From an uncultured Candidatus Saccharibacteria bacterium (GTDB lineage: Bacteria > Patescibacteriota > Minisyncoccia > Phycocordibacterales > DATDWN01): a stretch of DNA of 64,000 nucleotides. The stretch lies in assembly GCA_964596875.1 (NCBI GenBank), contig CAZQVT010000001.1:107255-171254 (forward strand). The letters run 5' to 3'. The position numbers and the translations under genes were made by a program. The number at the start of each line of letters is the position of its first letter. The stretch's first letter is position 1. Positions 11,974 through 21,470 of this stretch are shown here, piece by piece. Under the pieces are notes generated by a model that saw nothing but the letters and a program-made list of their open reading frames with translations, made no database searches and was not told the DNA's origin.

Positions 11974-12678
11974 TTATTTACTGTATAGCAATGCGTCTAT
12001 GATATTTTTTACACTTTCGTAAGGTTGTGCACCTTGTACTACTGTTTTTGTTCCATCCTTTGAAACAATGATAGAGTTTGGAGTTCCTCTTCCTCCTGCT
12101 TTTACAGCATCATCGTAGTCTGCCTGAACTTTGTCGGCGTATTTGCCACTAGATAGACAAGTGTTAAATGCTTTTACATCCAGACCAATATCTTTTGCGA
12201 TTTTTGGAAGTTCTGACTCTGGTAGAGAGTTGTTTGAGTTTGTTCTAGCGTAAACAGTGTTTAGGTATTCCCAGAACTTTGTTGCGCCACCCAACTCGTT
12301 TGCACATTCTGTTGCTTCTGCTTCTTTACGAGCTTTTGGGTGTAGTTGGTCGATAGGGAAATGTCGATAAACCCAAGCAACTTTTCCATCTTTGCCGTAC
12401 TCGTCCATCATTTGTCGTAGTGTTGTGTGGAATTGTTTACAGAAAGGACACTCGGTATCAGAGTATTCTACAAACATAAGTTCTGCATTTGGATTTCCTA
12501 GGATGTGGTCTGCTTCTGTGATAGGTCGCATTTCTTCACCACCAGAAACCATTTGTGGAACAGTTTTTGCTTTCACTATTTCCTTTGCGTTTTGTAAGTT
12601 TGAATAATAAAAAGCCCCCGCTATTAAACCTCCCGCTATAACTATTGCCAATGGCACCGATAATTTTTCCATATTCAT
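11974..12678 (-). CDS. thiol:disulfide oxidoreductase, DsbA/thioredoxin-like with N-terminal membrane anchor
   Basis: CPFCKQFH active site (CxxC) and N-terminal TM helix. Confidence 0.75.
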   Translation of the reverse strand: MNMEKLSVPLAIVIAGGLIAGAFYYSNLQNAKEIVKAKTVPQMVSGGEEMRPITEADHILGNPNAELMFVEYSDTECPFCKQFHTTLRQMMDEYGKDGKVAWVYRHFPIDQLHPKARKEAEATECANELGGATKFWEYLNTVYARTNSNNSLPESELPKIAKDIGLDVKAFNTCLSSGKYADKVQADYDDAVKAGGRGTPNSIIVSKDGTKTVVQGAQPYESVKNIIDALLYSK

Positions 12679-12882
12679 CCCGTTTGAAATAGGAGATCGT
12701 TATGTATTTGCGACTCCTAATGTTGTAGTTAAACTTAACTGAAAATTTATAAATATTGATCTCCGTATATTTCTTACGGGATTCATATGAAGACATTCTA
12801 CTATGTAAGTCCGTGGTGTGCAATTTATAAAAATGGTGCTAAGATTAAATGGGCAGTTCGTTTGCCTCTCCGAGGAGGGTGC

Positions 12883-12975
12883 GTGGACGACGACACGATG
12901 CATCCCGAGCTGTGGGACCCAGTCTTCCGCACCGAGCGGGGGATCATGGACCCCAAGGCTGTGGAGATGACGTAG
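12883..12975 (+). CDS. GC-rich micro-ORF (30 aa, VDDDTMHPELWDPVFRTERGIMDPKAVEMT)
   Basis: GGAGGG RBS 3 nt upstream of GTG 12883. High-GC island. The 38-aa ORF at 13453 also begins M-x-DDD. Confidence 0.25.
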   Translation: MDDDTMHPELWDPVFRTERGIMDPKAVEMT

Positions 12976-13131
12976 GACCCTCTGGCGGGTCTAGTCTCTC
13001 CCTAACACAGAGAGGAGGGTAGACTATCGGAATGAGTCTCTGAGGGGGCAACCAGTACGTGTGTCGGCCAAAACACCTGGGAAGGGGGAGGACAGCAACT
13101 CTCCCGACCTGGGTTAACAAAGGATTCTCAT

Positions 13132-13194
13132 ATGCCTGGCAGTAAAGGAAGAGCGGTCGACATGGCCGCCAAGAAGACCGCCAAGAAGCGGTAG
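13132..13194 (+). CDS. GC-rich micro-ORF (20 aa, MPGSKGRAVDMAAKKTAKKR), Lys-rich
   Basis: AGGA RBS 7 nt upstream. Followed by hairpin GTCGCGttcGTCGCGAC and terminator GGGGGCACTGTGTGCCCCCTTTTTTT (13212-13250). Confidence 0.3.
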   Translation: MPGSKGRAVDMAAKKTAKKR

Positions 13195-13211
13195 TCGCGT
13201 TCGTCGCGACT

Positions 13212-13250
13212 GGAATATCCAGGGGGCACTGTGTGCCCCCTTTTTTTAAT
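13212..13250 (+). terminator. strong intrinsic terminator GGGGGCACTGTGTGCCCCC TTTTTTT
   Basis: 9-bp GC stem plus T7. Confidence 0.7.
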
Positions 13251-13351
13251 AAAATTTTCTATGCATTTTTCATACAGTTTCAAAAAAGCATTATTTTAAG
13301 CCATATTTTTAGTACACAAAAATGAAAATGGATTTTGCCATAAAAAGTACT

Positions 13352-13380
13352 TGACGTAAATAGTATAGTGTGCTAAGATA
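13352..13380 (+). promoter_or_regulatory. sigma70-like promoter TTGACG-17-TAAGAT
   Basis: TTGACGtaaatagtatagtgtgcTAAGAT, 70 nt upstream of the GC-rich ORF 13453. Confidence 0.5.
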
Positions 13381-13452
13381 TTTGGGAAGCCGTAAGCGTT
13401 GCAATTTAGCGCCCAAGGTTTGCACACCACAACTTCATCGAGAGGACACACC

Positions 13453-13569
13453 ATGATCGACGACGACAAGAGTCCGCCGGCCGCCGCCAACCTGATGGGG
13501 CCCTGCCGCCCCGGATATCTCGGCCTCAGCCACCAGATGCGCAACCACGCCGGCCACGTCGCCGCCTGA
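13453..13569 (+). CDS. GC-rich small ORF (38 aa, MIDDDKSPPAAANLMGPCRPGYLGLSHQMRNHAGHVAA)
   Basis: RBS GAGAGGA about 6 nt upstream and the promoter at 13352. Followed by a structured GC-rich tail and terminator-like GAGGGGGCC..GGCCGCCCTCTTTTCTTTT at about 13765-13800. Confidence 0.35.
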   Translation: MIDDDKSPPAAANLMGPCRPGYLGLSHQMRNHAGHVAA

Positions 13570-13825
13570 CACCGGCCGTCGGCGCCCGCGCTAGCGACTA
13601 GGTTCACGCTGTCGTGACCTAGATGTCGCCCAGCCAAGCGCGTCGCCTGCCCGTGTCGTTTCGCCCGCATCCCGCGGGCAACAGGAGTTCGCCGATGAAC
13701 CGTTCACCGCCCTGAAGTTTCGCCCAGCTAGTCTGGGCACCGTGGATACACAAGAGGGGGCCAGCGTCAGATACGCCGGCCGCCCTCTTTTCTTTTATAC
13801 AAAATTTTTTATTACCACGAATTAA

Positions 13826-13945
13826 GAACTGATAAATTTGAGTTCAGTTCTAGGCGGACGAGAAAAATGCGAGAAGCCTTACTAATAGTAAGGTGACGAG
13901 AATTTTTTGAAGTCCAACAACGAAATGAGCCAAATTTATAAGTTC
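13826..13945 (-). repeat. MITE/REP-like element family 1, copy R3 (inverted orientation), TIRs GAACTGATAAATTT / AAATTTATAAGTTC
   Basis: Reverse complement carries TTCAAAAAATTCTCGTCACCTTACTATTAGTAAGGCTTCTCGCATTT, matching the R1/R2 core. 13 of 14 bp in the TIR pair. Confidence 0.6.
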
Positions 13946-13947
13946 AA

Positions 13948-14529
13948 TTAGAACAGCGACTGAGTTTTGATCTCTTGAATGGGCTCCCAGTGTTTCGTAT
14001 CCAGTTTTATTTCTTTCGTAAACGGACCTTCTTTGAACATTAGTTTTTTATTTTTCATCGCAAACTCGTAAACATCTTTAGTGATTTTCACATCGTCAGT
14101 ACAGTATTTTCGTATTTTATCTATCTCACCACTTCGCCACCAAGCAACTGCTTCCAAACCATTGCCACTTTTTTGTGTGCCAAATGTACCTTGGGCTATC
14201 TGGTCTAGTTTCATTCTTCTACCATAGGCTTGTCGTATCTCTTTTAGCAAGTCCAATGAGTTTATTTGCAAAAGGTCACCTAAACCTGCTTTTTTGTAGT
14301 ACTTGTTTAGTAGGGGGATGTCAAAATGGTCACCATTGAAAGTGATAAGCTGTTCAGCCTTTTTAAATATAGGCCACATCCTTTCAAACTCTTCTTCGAT
14401 AAAAGTCTCGTATTTTTGTGTTTCGTAGTCAAAAACTCCAACAAGTGATATGTCCAGGTCTGCAGGGTCATTACTACCTACATCAGTAAAAATATTTTTA
14501 GTTTCTATATCGAAAACAACTTTTTTCAT
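13948..14529 (-). CDS. DEDD-type 3'-5' exonuclease (DnaQ/RNase H-like fold)
   Basis: Exo I FDIET, Exo II FNGDHFDIP and Exo III YCTDDV motifs. Confidence 0.65.
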   Translation of the reverse strand: MKKVVFDIETKNIFTDVGSNDPADLDISLVGVFDYETQKYETFIEEEFERMWPIFKKAEQLITFNGDHFDIPLLNKYYKKAGLGDLLQINSLDLLKEIRQAYGRRMKLDQIAQGTFGTQKSGNGLEAVAWWRSGEIDKIRKYCTDDVKITKDVYEFAMKNKKLMFKEGPFTKEIKLDTKHWEPIQEIKTQSLF

Positions 14530-14544
14530 AAATTTGGAACAGTA

Positions 14545-15858
14545 TTACCGTAAATTATCTATCAATTCTTCCAGTTTAACTTTCTTCTCTTCTCTTGTTT
14601 CCATATTTTTTAGTGTGTATACACCTGTTTTTACTTCGTCTTCCCCAATACAAATAACAAATGGAACTTTTTGTTTGCTCGCTACTTTTATTTGGTCACC
14701 AAGTTTCTTGTCCGTAAGGTCTACCGCAGTGTTTACTCCCATGTCCCGAGTCTTTTGCGCCAACTCTAGAGCATGGTCTTTGAACTCGTTGCCTACAGTG
14801 CAAACATACAAATGTGTTCGAGGTTTGTAGATAGGAAGCAGGTTGTGTTTCTCTATAAAATCTTTTGCAGTAACATCTCCAGCACCAAAACCAACGGTTG
14901 GGATTTTTTTGCTTCCAAAAATGTCCATAAGTTCGTCGTATCTTCCTCCACCAAAAACAGAACGGTTGTTTTCTGGGTCGGTATCAAATACTTCAAAAAC
15001 AAAACCAGTGTAGTAGTCGAAACCACGCATAAGTGTAGGGTCAAAAGTTACATTTTTCACGCCCAGTTTTAGTAACTCTTCTATAGTTTCAACCATCTCT
15101 TTTGTTAGGTCACTTTCACCTATAAAGTCCAGTAGTTTTTCATGAGACTCTAGTAGGGAAATGAACTCTGAAGTTTTTTCTCCCAAAAGTTCTTCAAATG
15201 CTGTAGCAAAAGCATCTTTGGATATTTTGTCTTTTTTATCTATGATTTTAGAAGCTTTGTATGAAGAATCTTCGTTTAGACCAAACTTTTCAAAAAGTAC
15301 TTTTGTGATTCGGCGATCGTTTACACGAATAATAAAGTCCTGGTCCTTTGCACCAAAGCCAGTCATTATTTTGTAAGCAATATTTACTATTTCAATGTCT
15401 GCCTTGTTTCCATCTACACCAAAAAGGTCGACGTTTAGTTGCCAGTGCTCGCGTAGTCTGCCTCTTTGAGGTTTTTCATATCTAAAAAGGTTGGGAATAG
15501 AGTACCATCGTAGAGGGAAAGAAAGTTCCTGCATTTTTCCAGCAACCATACGACTAACAGTAGGTGTCATTTCAGGTCGCAAGGTTACTTCGCGGTCACC
15601 ACGGTCAGTAAAAGTGTATGTTTGCTCGTTTACTATTTCTTCACCAGACTTTGCCTTGTATAGTTCTGATGGTTCTAATACTGATGCAGAGTATTCTTCG
15701 TAACCAAACTTTTCTACAACATTTTTCCAAACATTGAAAATATAGTTTTGGATAAATAGGTCCTCGGGGTAGAAGTCACGAACCCCTTTGTAACTTTCGG
15801 TACTTATCTTTGATTTATCGCTCATATGGGTTATTGTATCAGAATATGACGAGTTCAC
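14545..15858 (-). CDS. hisS: histidyl-tRNA synthetase
   Basis: Class II motifs GGGRYD and RGFDYYTGFVFEV. An alternative start at 15825 (MSDKSK) would avoid the divergent overlap with truB. Confidence 0.9.
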   Translation of the reverse strand: MNSSYSDTITHMSDKSKISTESYKGVRDFYPEDLFIQNYIFNVWKNVVEKFGYEEYSASVLEPSELYKAKSGEEIVNEQTYTFTDRGDREVTLRPEMTPTVSRMVAGKMQELSFPLRWYSIPNLFRYEKPQRGRLREHWQLNVDLFGVDGNKADIEIVNIAYKIMTGFGAKDQDFIIRVNDRRITKVLFEKFGLNEDSSYKASKIIDKKDKISKDAFATAFEELLGEKTSEFISLLESHEKLLDFIGESDLTKEMVETIEELLKLGVKNVTFDPTLMRGFDYYTGFVFEVFDTDPENNRSVFGGGRYDELMDIFGSKKIPTVGFGAGDVTAKDFIEKHNLLPIYKPRTHLYVCTVGNEFKDHALELAQKTRDMGVNTAVDLTDKKLGDQIKVASKQKVPFVICIGEDEVKTGVYTLKNMETREEKKVKLEELIDNLR

Positions 15859-16616
15859 AAGAAAAAGATTCTACGAAAGATTTGCACCTAGTGTATAAAA
15901 ACTTGGGCGAAACGCCCCTAGAAAGATTGGAAAGGTTTAGAGTGGATCATCCAGAATTTAAAGATTCTAAAATGACATATGCAGGAAGACTGGACCCTAT
16001 GGCAGAAGGTTTGCTTGTGTTACTTACAAATGATGCAGTAAATGCAAAAGAAAATTTTATAAATCTTTCAAAAACATATGAGGTGGAAGTTTTGTGGGGA
16101 GTTGGGACAGATACATTGGATGTTCTAGGTTTGGTTTCTGAAACAAATACTAAAAACCCAACAGAAGACGAGGTAAAGAAGTATGTGCTTGAAAGTATTG
16201 GCAAGTTTTCACAAAAATATCCAGCATACTCTTCTAAACCGGTAGAAGGTAAACCACTTTTTGTGTGGGCAAGAGAAGGTAAGCTAGATGAAATAAAAAT
16301 ACCTAGTCATGAGGTTGAAGTTTTTGATGCCAAATACATTTCAAGAAAAAATATTTTAAAACAGGATTTGCAGAGAGAAATACAGAGAAGAGTCTCATTG
16401 GTTCAGGGAGACTTTAGACAAAAAGAGATTTTGGAAAAATGGGAAGAAATTATGTCAAAGAGTCTCTTTGACATGTTTATGGTAGATAAAATTTTACTTG
16501 AGGTTTCGGGAGGTTTTTATGTTCGGCAGTTTGTGAAAGATATGGCTGAGACACTTGGAACAAGGGCACTAACTTTTCATATAAAACGCACAAAAGTAGG
16601 TGAGTTTGAAATGTAA
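15846..16616 (+). CDS. truB: tRNA pseudouridine(55) synthase
   Basis: AGRLDPMAEGLLVLL catalytic Asp motif. The ORF-track start 15810 was trimmed to ATG 15846. Confidence 0.85.
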   Translation: MTSSQEKDSTKDLHLVYKNLGETPLERLERFRVDHPEFKDSKMTYAGRLDPMAEGLLVLLTNDAVNAKENFINLSKTYEVEVLWGVGTDTLDVLGLVSETNTKNPTEDEVKKYVLESIGKFSQKYPAYSSKPVEGKPLFVWAREGKLDEIKIPSHEVEVFDAKYISRKNILKQDLQREIQRRVSLVQGDFRQKEILEKWEEIMSKSLFDMFMVDKILLEVSGGFYVRQFVKDMAETLGTRALTFHIKRTKVGEFEM

Positions 16617-16733
16617 ATGAAATAAATACACAGTTTTGTTTGTAATAACTATTTACACTATGAATCTCTTGTGATTAGATAATAAGTGGGGTGGTTTTCG
16701 TCGTGAAGGCCACAAAGCGCCAGTGGGGTGAGG

Positions 16734-17066
16734 ATGCCACGAGTTTCGCCTGTTGAAAGTATGGATGTTCGTCAGTGTGCCATCCATCTCGGTTCTCTCT
16801 GTCAGTCGTCCCTTCGTGCTTCGGGGGGTGACAAGCACCAGTATGTCCGTAGGCTTCGGCTGAACGGACTCGACGTGGGAACGTTCGACCTCATCAAGGA
16901 CGGCCGTTCTGACGAGGTGGATCGCCGGATTCTCGTCGTACTGTTCGGGTCGATGGACATCAGTCCGAAGGATCGGCCCGCAGTTCGCGAGATGATCAAG
17001 AAGGTGACCCCCGGGGGGTATCAGCGCGTGAAGGGTTCCCTCGCGCAACAGTCGGCTTCGGCCTAG
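16734..17066 (+). CDS. GC-rich hypothetical protein (about 111 aa)
   Basis: About 62% GC. RBS GGTGAGG abuts the ATG. Candidate promoter TTTACA-18-TAGATA at about 16649-16684. Intrinsic terminator downstream. Confidence 0.4.
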   Translation: MPRVSPVESMDVRQCAIHLGSLCQSSLRASGGDKHQYVRRLRLNGLDVGTFDLIKDGRSDEVDRRILVVLFGSMDISPKDRPAVREMIKKVTPGGYQRVKGSLAQQSASA

Positions 17067-17087
17067 CAAGGGCCACAAGCACACAAG

Positions 17088-17125
17088 GGGCGGGTCGCGT
17101 TCGCGCGACCACGCTCTTTTTCTTG
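17088..17125 (+). terminator. intrinsic terminator GGGTCGCGTTCGCGCGACC..CTCTTTTTCTT
   Basis: Its hairpin resembles GTCGCGTTCGTCGCGAC at 13196-13212. Confidence 0.6.
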
Positions 17126-17150
17126 TCAAAAATACACAAAGGTGGTTATA
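17116..17150 (+). promoter_or_regulatory. sigma70-like promoter TTGTCA-17-TTATAT
   Basis: TTGTCAaaaatacacaaaggtggTTATAT, upstream of ORF 17206. Confidence 0.5.
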
Positions 17151-17205
17151 TATCAAAGGAATTAGAGAGCAAGTCCGACTAACATCTTCCGCTAGGGGTA
17201 GAGAT

Positions 17206-17556
17206 TTGCCAATTTTGAGCCGTAGGGAAAAAATTCAGCGACACGCGAGTATCGTGAAGGGTCGTGTCGCCGAACTCAAGGAAAAGGGGGGCCTCGACAG
17301 AGTCCTGGAAGTACTGGGGGGAAACGAACTCATCACTCGGCTCGGCTCTGATGGAGCACCGTGCGTGAGTACCGTGGATGCTCGTATGGTGTATCTCGAG
17401 CTGGGGCTGGAGGGAGAACTTCTCAACGAGGTCCTCATTCTCCACACGCAATTTCGCCTGAATCGTCCGAACAAACCACCACAGAAGAGGCTTCCGCAGC
17501 CATTCGTGCGTCGTCGGCCAGGCACTATGCCGGTCAGACCCTGTCGTCACAGCTAG
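17206..17556 (+). CDS. GC-rich hypothetical protein (116 aa)
   Basis: High GC. Follows the promoter at 17116. Terminator AGGCTCGAAGG..CTCGAGCCTTTGTTCGTTATTTTTT at about 17583-17640. Confidence 0.4.
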   Translation: MPILSRREKIQRHASIVKGRVAELKEKGGLDRVLEVLGGNELITRLGSDGAPCVSTVDARMVYLELGLEGELLNEVLILHTQFRLNRPNKPPQKRLPQPFVRRRPGTMPVRPCRHS

Positions 17557-17624
17557 CTCCTCTCGTCGTTCTTCGTTTCGAAAAAGGCTCGAAGGTGTTC
17601 GCCACACCCTCGAGCCTTTGTTCG

Positions 17625-19403
17625 TTATTTTTTATAATTTTTCTTTCTAAGTCTTACAGATTTTGGAGTAATCTCAATGTATTCATCGTCTGACATTATT
17701 TCCATGGCTTTCTCAATATCTAGTGGAAGAGTCGCAGCAAGGTATACCTTGTCGTCAGAACCAGAGGCTCGCATATTTGTAAGTTGTTTACCTTTTGTTG
17801 GGTTTACAGTAAGGTCATCTCCCTTTGATACGTTTCCGATAACCATTCCTTCGTAAACTTCAACTCCTGGGTCAATGTAAAGTGTGCCTCTTTGTTGTAG
17901 GTTATCTAGTGCAAAAGCAAGAGCTTTTCCTTTTTCCATAGAAACCATCGAGCCAAATTTTGTTTTCTTTATTTCACCAACGTATTCTCGAAACTCTAGA
18001 AATCTTGAAGAAAGAATTCCTAGACCTTTTGTGTCCACTACGAACTGACCTCTGTAACCAAGTAGTCCTCGTGTTGGGATTTCAAAAATAAGTCTTTGTG
18101 TGCCGTGACCTTGTTTTACATTCATTAGTAGACCTTTTCTTTCTGTAAGTCTTGAGATAATAGAACTAGCAAGTTCATCTGGAACGTCGATAGTAACTTC
18201 TTCAAAAGGTTCTGTCTGAACGCCGTTTATTTCTTTTATGATAACTTGCGGTTGTGATACCTGCATTTCGAAACCTTCTCTTCGCATATTTTCAAGAAGC
18301 ACTGCGATATGAAGTTCTCCACGTCCGTACACAGTAAAGTATTCGTTGTTGTTCCAGTCTACTTTTAGTCCAACGTTTATTTCTAGTTCTTTTTCTAGTC
18401 TGTCGCGGATTTGTCTACCAGTTACAAACTTTCCTTCACGTCCAGCGAAAGGTGAGTCGTTAACCAAAAAGTTTAGAGAGATAGTTGGCTCATCGATGTT
18501 GATAGATGGAAGAGACTCTTGAGAGTCGTTTTCGCAGATAGTGTCTCCAATATAAATATTTGGAAGTCCGGCTATCATCACGATATCTCCAGCGATTGCT
18601 TCCGCTGTTTCGATCCTTTTTGTTCCTTCAAAAGTGAACATTTTCGTAAGTCTGCCACTGAAAGTTTGGCCACTTGGTTGTTTTACGAAAACTGTTTGGC
18701 CACTTTTTACTTTTCCGTCGTAGATTCGGCAAACAGCCTCTCTTCCAAGAAAGTTATCATATGCAAGGTTAAAAGATTGCATTCGTAGAGGTGCTGAAAC
18801 ATCTGCTTTTGCAGGAGGCACAAGTTTTAGAATAGTTTCAAGTAGTGGAGTAAGGTCAGTGCTTTCGTCAGTAAGTTTCATTTTTGCGATACCTTGTCTA
18901 CCGATAGCAAAAACTGTAGTAAAGTCTAGTTGCTCGTCATTTGCACCTAGTTCTAGGAAAAGTTCCAGCACCATTTCGTGTACTTCGTCTGGTCTTGCTG
19001 CTGGTTTGTCGATTTTGTTTATGATAACGATAGGTTTTAGTCCTAGTTCAAGTGACTTTTTCAAAACGAAACGTGTTTGAGGCATTGGACCTTCTTGGGC
19101 ATCTACCAGAAGAAGCACAGTATCGATAGATCGCAATACTCGTTCTACTTCAGAACCGAAGTCAGAGTGTCCAGGTGTATCTACAATGTTAATTTTTGTA
19201 ACCTCTCTTCCAGAATCTTTAGCAGGGTAGTATACAGAAGTATTTTTCGCGTAAATAGTAATACCTCTCTCTTGCTCTAAGGCATTAGAGTCCATAGTCG
19301 CACCTTCTTCTGTAGTCATGCCTGTTTGTTTCATTAAGGCATCTGTCAGAGTTGTTTTTCCGTGGTCCACGTGGGCGATGATTGCTATGTTTCTTATTTC
19401 CAT
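17625..19403 (-). CDS. typA: translational GTPase BipA/TypA
   Basis: G1 [19 protein letters not shown]. The 592-aa length fits BipA. Confidence 0.9.
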   Translation of the reverse strand: MEIRNIAIIAHVDHGKTTLTDALMKQTGMTTEEGATMDSNALEQERGITIYAKNTSVYYPAKDSGREVTKINIVDTPGHSDFGSEVERVLRSIDTVLLLVDAQEGPMPQTRFVLKKSLELGLKPIVIINKIDKPAARPDEVHEMVLELFLELGANDEQLDFTTVFAIGRQGIAKMKLTDESTDLTPLLETILKLVPPAKADVSAPLRMQSFNLAYDNFLGREAVCRIYDGKVKSGQTVFVKQPSGQTFSGRLTKMFTFEGTKRIETAEAIAGDIVMIAGLPNIYIGDTICENDSQESLPSINIDEPTISLNFLVNDSPFAGREGKFVTGRQIRDRLEKELEINVGLKVDWNNNEYFTVYGRGELHIAVLLENMRREGFEMQVSQPQVIIKEINGVQTEPFEEVTIDVPDELASSIISRLTERKGLLMNVKQGHGTQRLIFEIPTRGLLGYRGQFVVDTKGLGILSSRFLEFREYVGEIKKTKFGSMVSMEKGKALAFALDNLQQRGTLYIDPGVEVYEGMVIGNVSKGDDLTVNPTKGKQLTNMRASGSDDKVYLAATLPLDIEKAMEIMSDDEYIEITPKSVRLRKKNYKK

Positions 19404-19686
19404 GATGTTGGTGTGTTGTTCACAGCTCTAGTCTTTTTGTTCGATTTCTTCGTTGCTCGCTTGCGTTTGTTCCTGCAATGTACTACTTGTACATTTTAGT
19501 CACAATCCGCACTCGCGCCTCGAACTTGAACAAAAATCCTCAGAGTTTCTTAATTTTAATTATTATAAATTTATCTGATTTGAAAACCGGCTAACGCCGG
19601 CAATTAGGCTCTAATTAAAGCAAATTTTGGGTGTATAGTCAAATACTGGGGTTGATTTGTGGGTGAAAAATTGAGATTATTAAGAA

Positions 19687-20283
19687 ATGCTTATTTCTCC
19701 GTCGGAGTTACTAGCCATATTGGAACACTATAGGTATTGGATCATTTTTCCAATAGCTATTTTTGAAGGTCCTATTATAATTATTATTTCTGGTTTTTTG
19801 GTAAGTTTAGGTTACCTAAACGGAGTTATCGCCTATGCTGTGGTCGTTACTGCAGATATTATAGGGGATTCGCTCTATTACTCATTGGGAAGGTTTTGGG
19901 GTAAGTCACATTTTATAAAAAAAGTTGGTAAATACATAGGTTATGACGAAAGTAGTGAAAAGTTCATAGAAGAACATTTTAGAAAACACAAAATAAAAAC
20001 TTTTCTTATTGGTAAAGTAAGTCACGGTTTAGGGGGGACAATCCAGGTCGCATCTGGTATTGCCAAAGTTACATACAAAGAGTTTGTTTGGCTTTCTCTT
20101 TTAGGTACAGCACCAAAAGCGCTAGGGCTACTTGTGTTGGGATATTACTTGGGAAGTTATTATGAACAAATAAATGGCTATCTGCATAACATCGCATTAA
20201 TAAGTTTTGGCGTGTTTGTTTTGATTCTCATGTACGTAATTTCCAAAAAAATTAAAAATAATTTTTTGAAAAATAAAGATTAA
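19687..20283 (+). CDS. DedA/VTT-family membrane protein
   Basis: FPIAIFEGPIIIIISGFLV and LGRFWGKSHF DedA signature. Confidence 0.7.
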   Translation: MLISPSELLAILEHYRYWIIFPIAIFEGPIIIIISGFLVSLGYLNGVIAYAVVVTADIIGDSLYYSLGRFWGKSHFIKKVGKYIGYDESSEKFIEEHFRKHKIKTFLIGKVSHGLGGTIQVASGIAKVTYKEFVWLSLLGTAPKALGLLVLGYYLGSYYEQINGYLHNIALISFGVFVLILMYVISKKIKNNFLKNKD

Positions 20284-20318
20284 CTTTTGTTATAAATATT
20301 TGGTATAATATTTACACC

Positions 20319-20576
20319 ATGAATATACCAGAAGTTCTACCAGGTAATTTCCCATTATTTTCTAGTCTTCATTTGCAGATACTTATAAACAAGCCCGTAA
20401 TGTTTGTGATACTCGGAGTTTTCTTTGTTGTTTATTCTATTGTTTCTGCGGTTTTGTTTTACCATTGGCACGCATATGGAATGCGAAGTAGGGGGATAAT
20501 TGTGGCTGAAACAGTTTTCACTCTGGTTTCTCTTTCACTGTTTAGTTTTTCTGTATTATCAATCTTATATTATTAA
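20319..20576 (+). CDS. small membrane protein (85 aa, 2 TM)
   Basis: Hydrophobic ORF immediately upstream of the YdbS-like gene. Confidence 0.35.
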   Translation: MNIPEVLPGNFPLFSSLHLQILINKPVMFVILGVFFVVYSIVSAVLFYHWHAYGMRSRGIIVAETVFTLVSLSLFSFSVLSILYY

Positions 20577-20577
20577 A

Positions 20578-21132
20578 ATGTCTTACGAAAACCTACATCT
20601 AGATCCAGAAGAAAAAGTAATTTTGGAGGTTCGAAAACACTGGATAGTTTTTGCTGGTATTGCTCTGGGACTTTTGTCTTCTGCACTTCTACCACTAGCT
20701 CTTTTTGTGGTAATAAAAATATACGCTCCAAATGTTTTGGTTTTGGATTTGCCGGGTAACGATCCTTCTTTTTATACTTTTCTTTATATTTTGTGGGTAC
20801 TTGTTATGTGGATTCTGTTTTTTATAGATTGGACAAAATATTATCTAGATGTTTGGTATGTAACTGAAAAAAGAATTATTGCTGTAGATCAAAAAAACAT
20901 TTTCCATCGAGAGGTTTCAAATCTTCGTTTTGATAAAATACAGGATGTGACAATAGGTGTTCGAGGTTTTGTTCCAACAATGCTGGACTTTGGAGATGTT
21001 CGGGTGCAAACAGCCAGTGAAGACAATCTAGAGTTCGTTTTGAATGTAGTTAGACATCCGGAAAATGTTAAAAAAGTTATTTTTGAAAGACAAAACAAAA
21101 TAAATGAGAAAGACAGTAATACACAGGTATAG
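20578..21132 (+). CDS. bacterial PH-domain membrane protein (YdbS/YdbT-like, DUF304)
   Basis: MSYENLHLDPEEKVILEVRKHW start and 2 TM followed by a bPH_2-like domain. The track start 20500 was trimmed to ATG 20578. Confidence 0.6.
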   Translation: MSYENLHLDPEEKVILEVRKHWIVFAGIALGLLSSALLPLALFVVIKIYAPNVLVLDLPGNDPSFYTFLYILWVLVMWILFFIDWTKYYLDVWYVTEKRIIAVDQKNIFHREVSNLRFDKIQDVTIGVRGFVPTMLDFGDVRVQTASEDNLEFVLNVVRHPENVKKVIFERQNKINEKDSNTQV

Positions 21133-21197
21133 TTTTTAACTCTTTGGGAGGTGTTATAATTATGTTGTTGATGTAATTATTAATAATTTTATTTTAT

Positions 21198-21416
21198 ATG
21201 AAATCATTACACATGGTTACTTGGATTCTATTAGTAGTTGGAGGTCTAAACTGGGGACTTACAGCATTTGGATACAACTTGGTTGAAATGCTATTAGGAA
21301 CTGATTCTCTAGCAATGCTAGTTTATGTACTAGTAGGTCTATCAGCAGTATATGAGTTGGTAACTCACAAGAAAAACTGCAAAGTATGTTCTGGTGGAGG
21401 AATGGGACAAATGTAA
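21198..21416 (+). CDS. DUF378-family small membrane protein
   Basis: GGLNWGLTAFGYNLVEMLLG motif. 72 aa. Confidence 0.6.
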   Translation: MKSLHMVTWILLVVGGLNWGLTAFGYNLVEMLLGTDSLAMLVYVLVGLSAVYELVTHKKNCKVCSGGGMGQM

Positions 21417-21433
21417 TTCAATAAGTCTCAACA

Positions 21434-21462
21434 AAAAACTGCCGAAAGGCAGTTTTTTTGAA
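21434..21462. terminator. bidirectional hairpin terminator AAAAAACTGCCGAAAGGCAGTTTTTTT
   Basis: Perfect stem flanked by A and T runs between convergent genes. Confidence 0.7.
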
Positions 21463-21470
21463 ACAAAATA

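Noticed and set aside
13296-13670. 124-aa minus-strand ORF in a GC-rich island
   Set aside because: It spans a plus-strand promoter and the 38-aa ORF, and has no RBS. It is a typical long spurious frame in high-GC DNA.
16653-17156. 167-aa minus-strand ORF across GC island e
   Set aside because: It is antisense to two plus-strand ORFs that have a promoter and terminators oriented for the plus strand.
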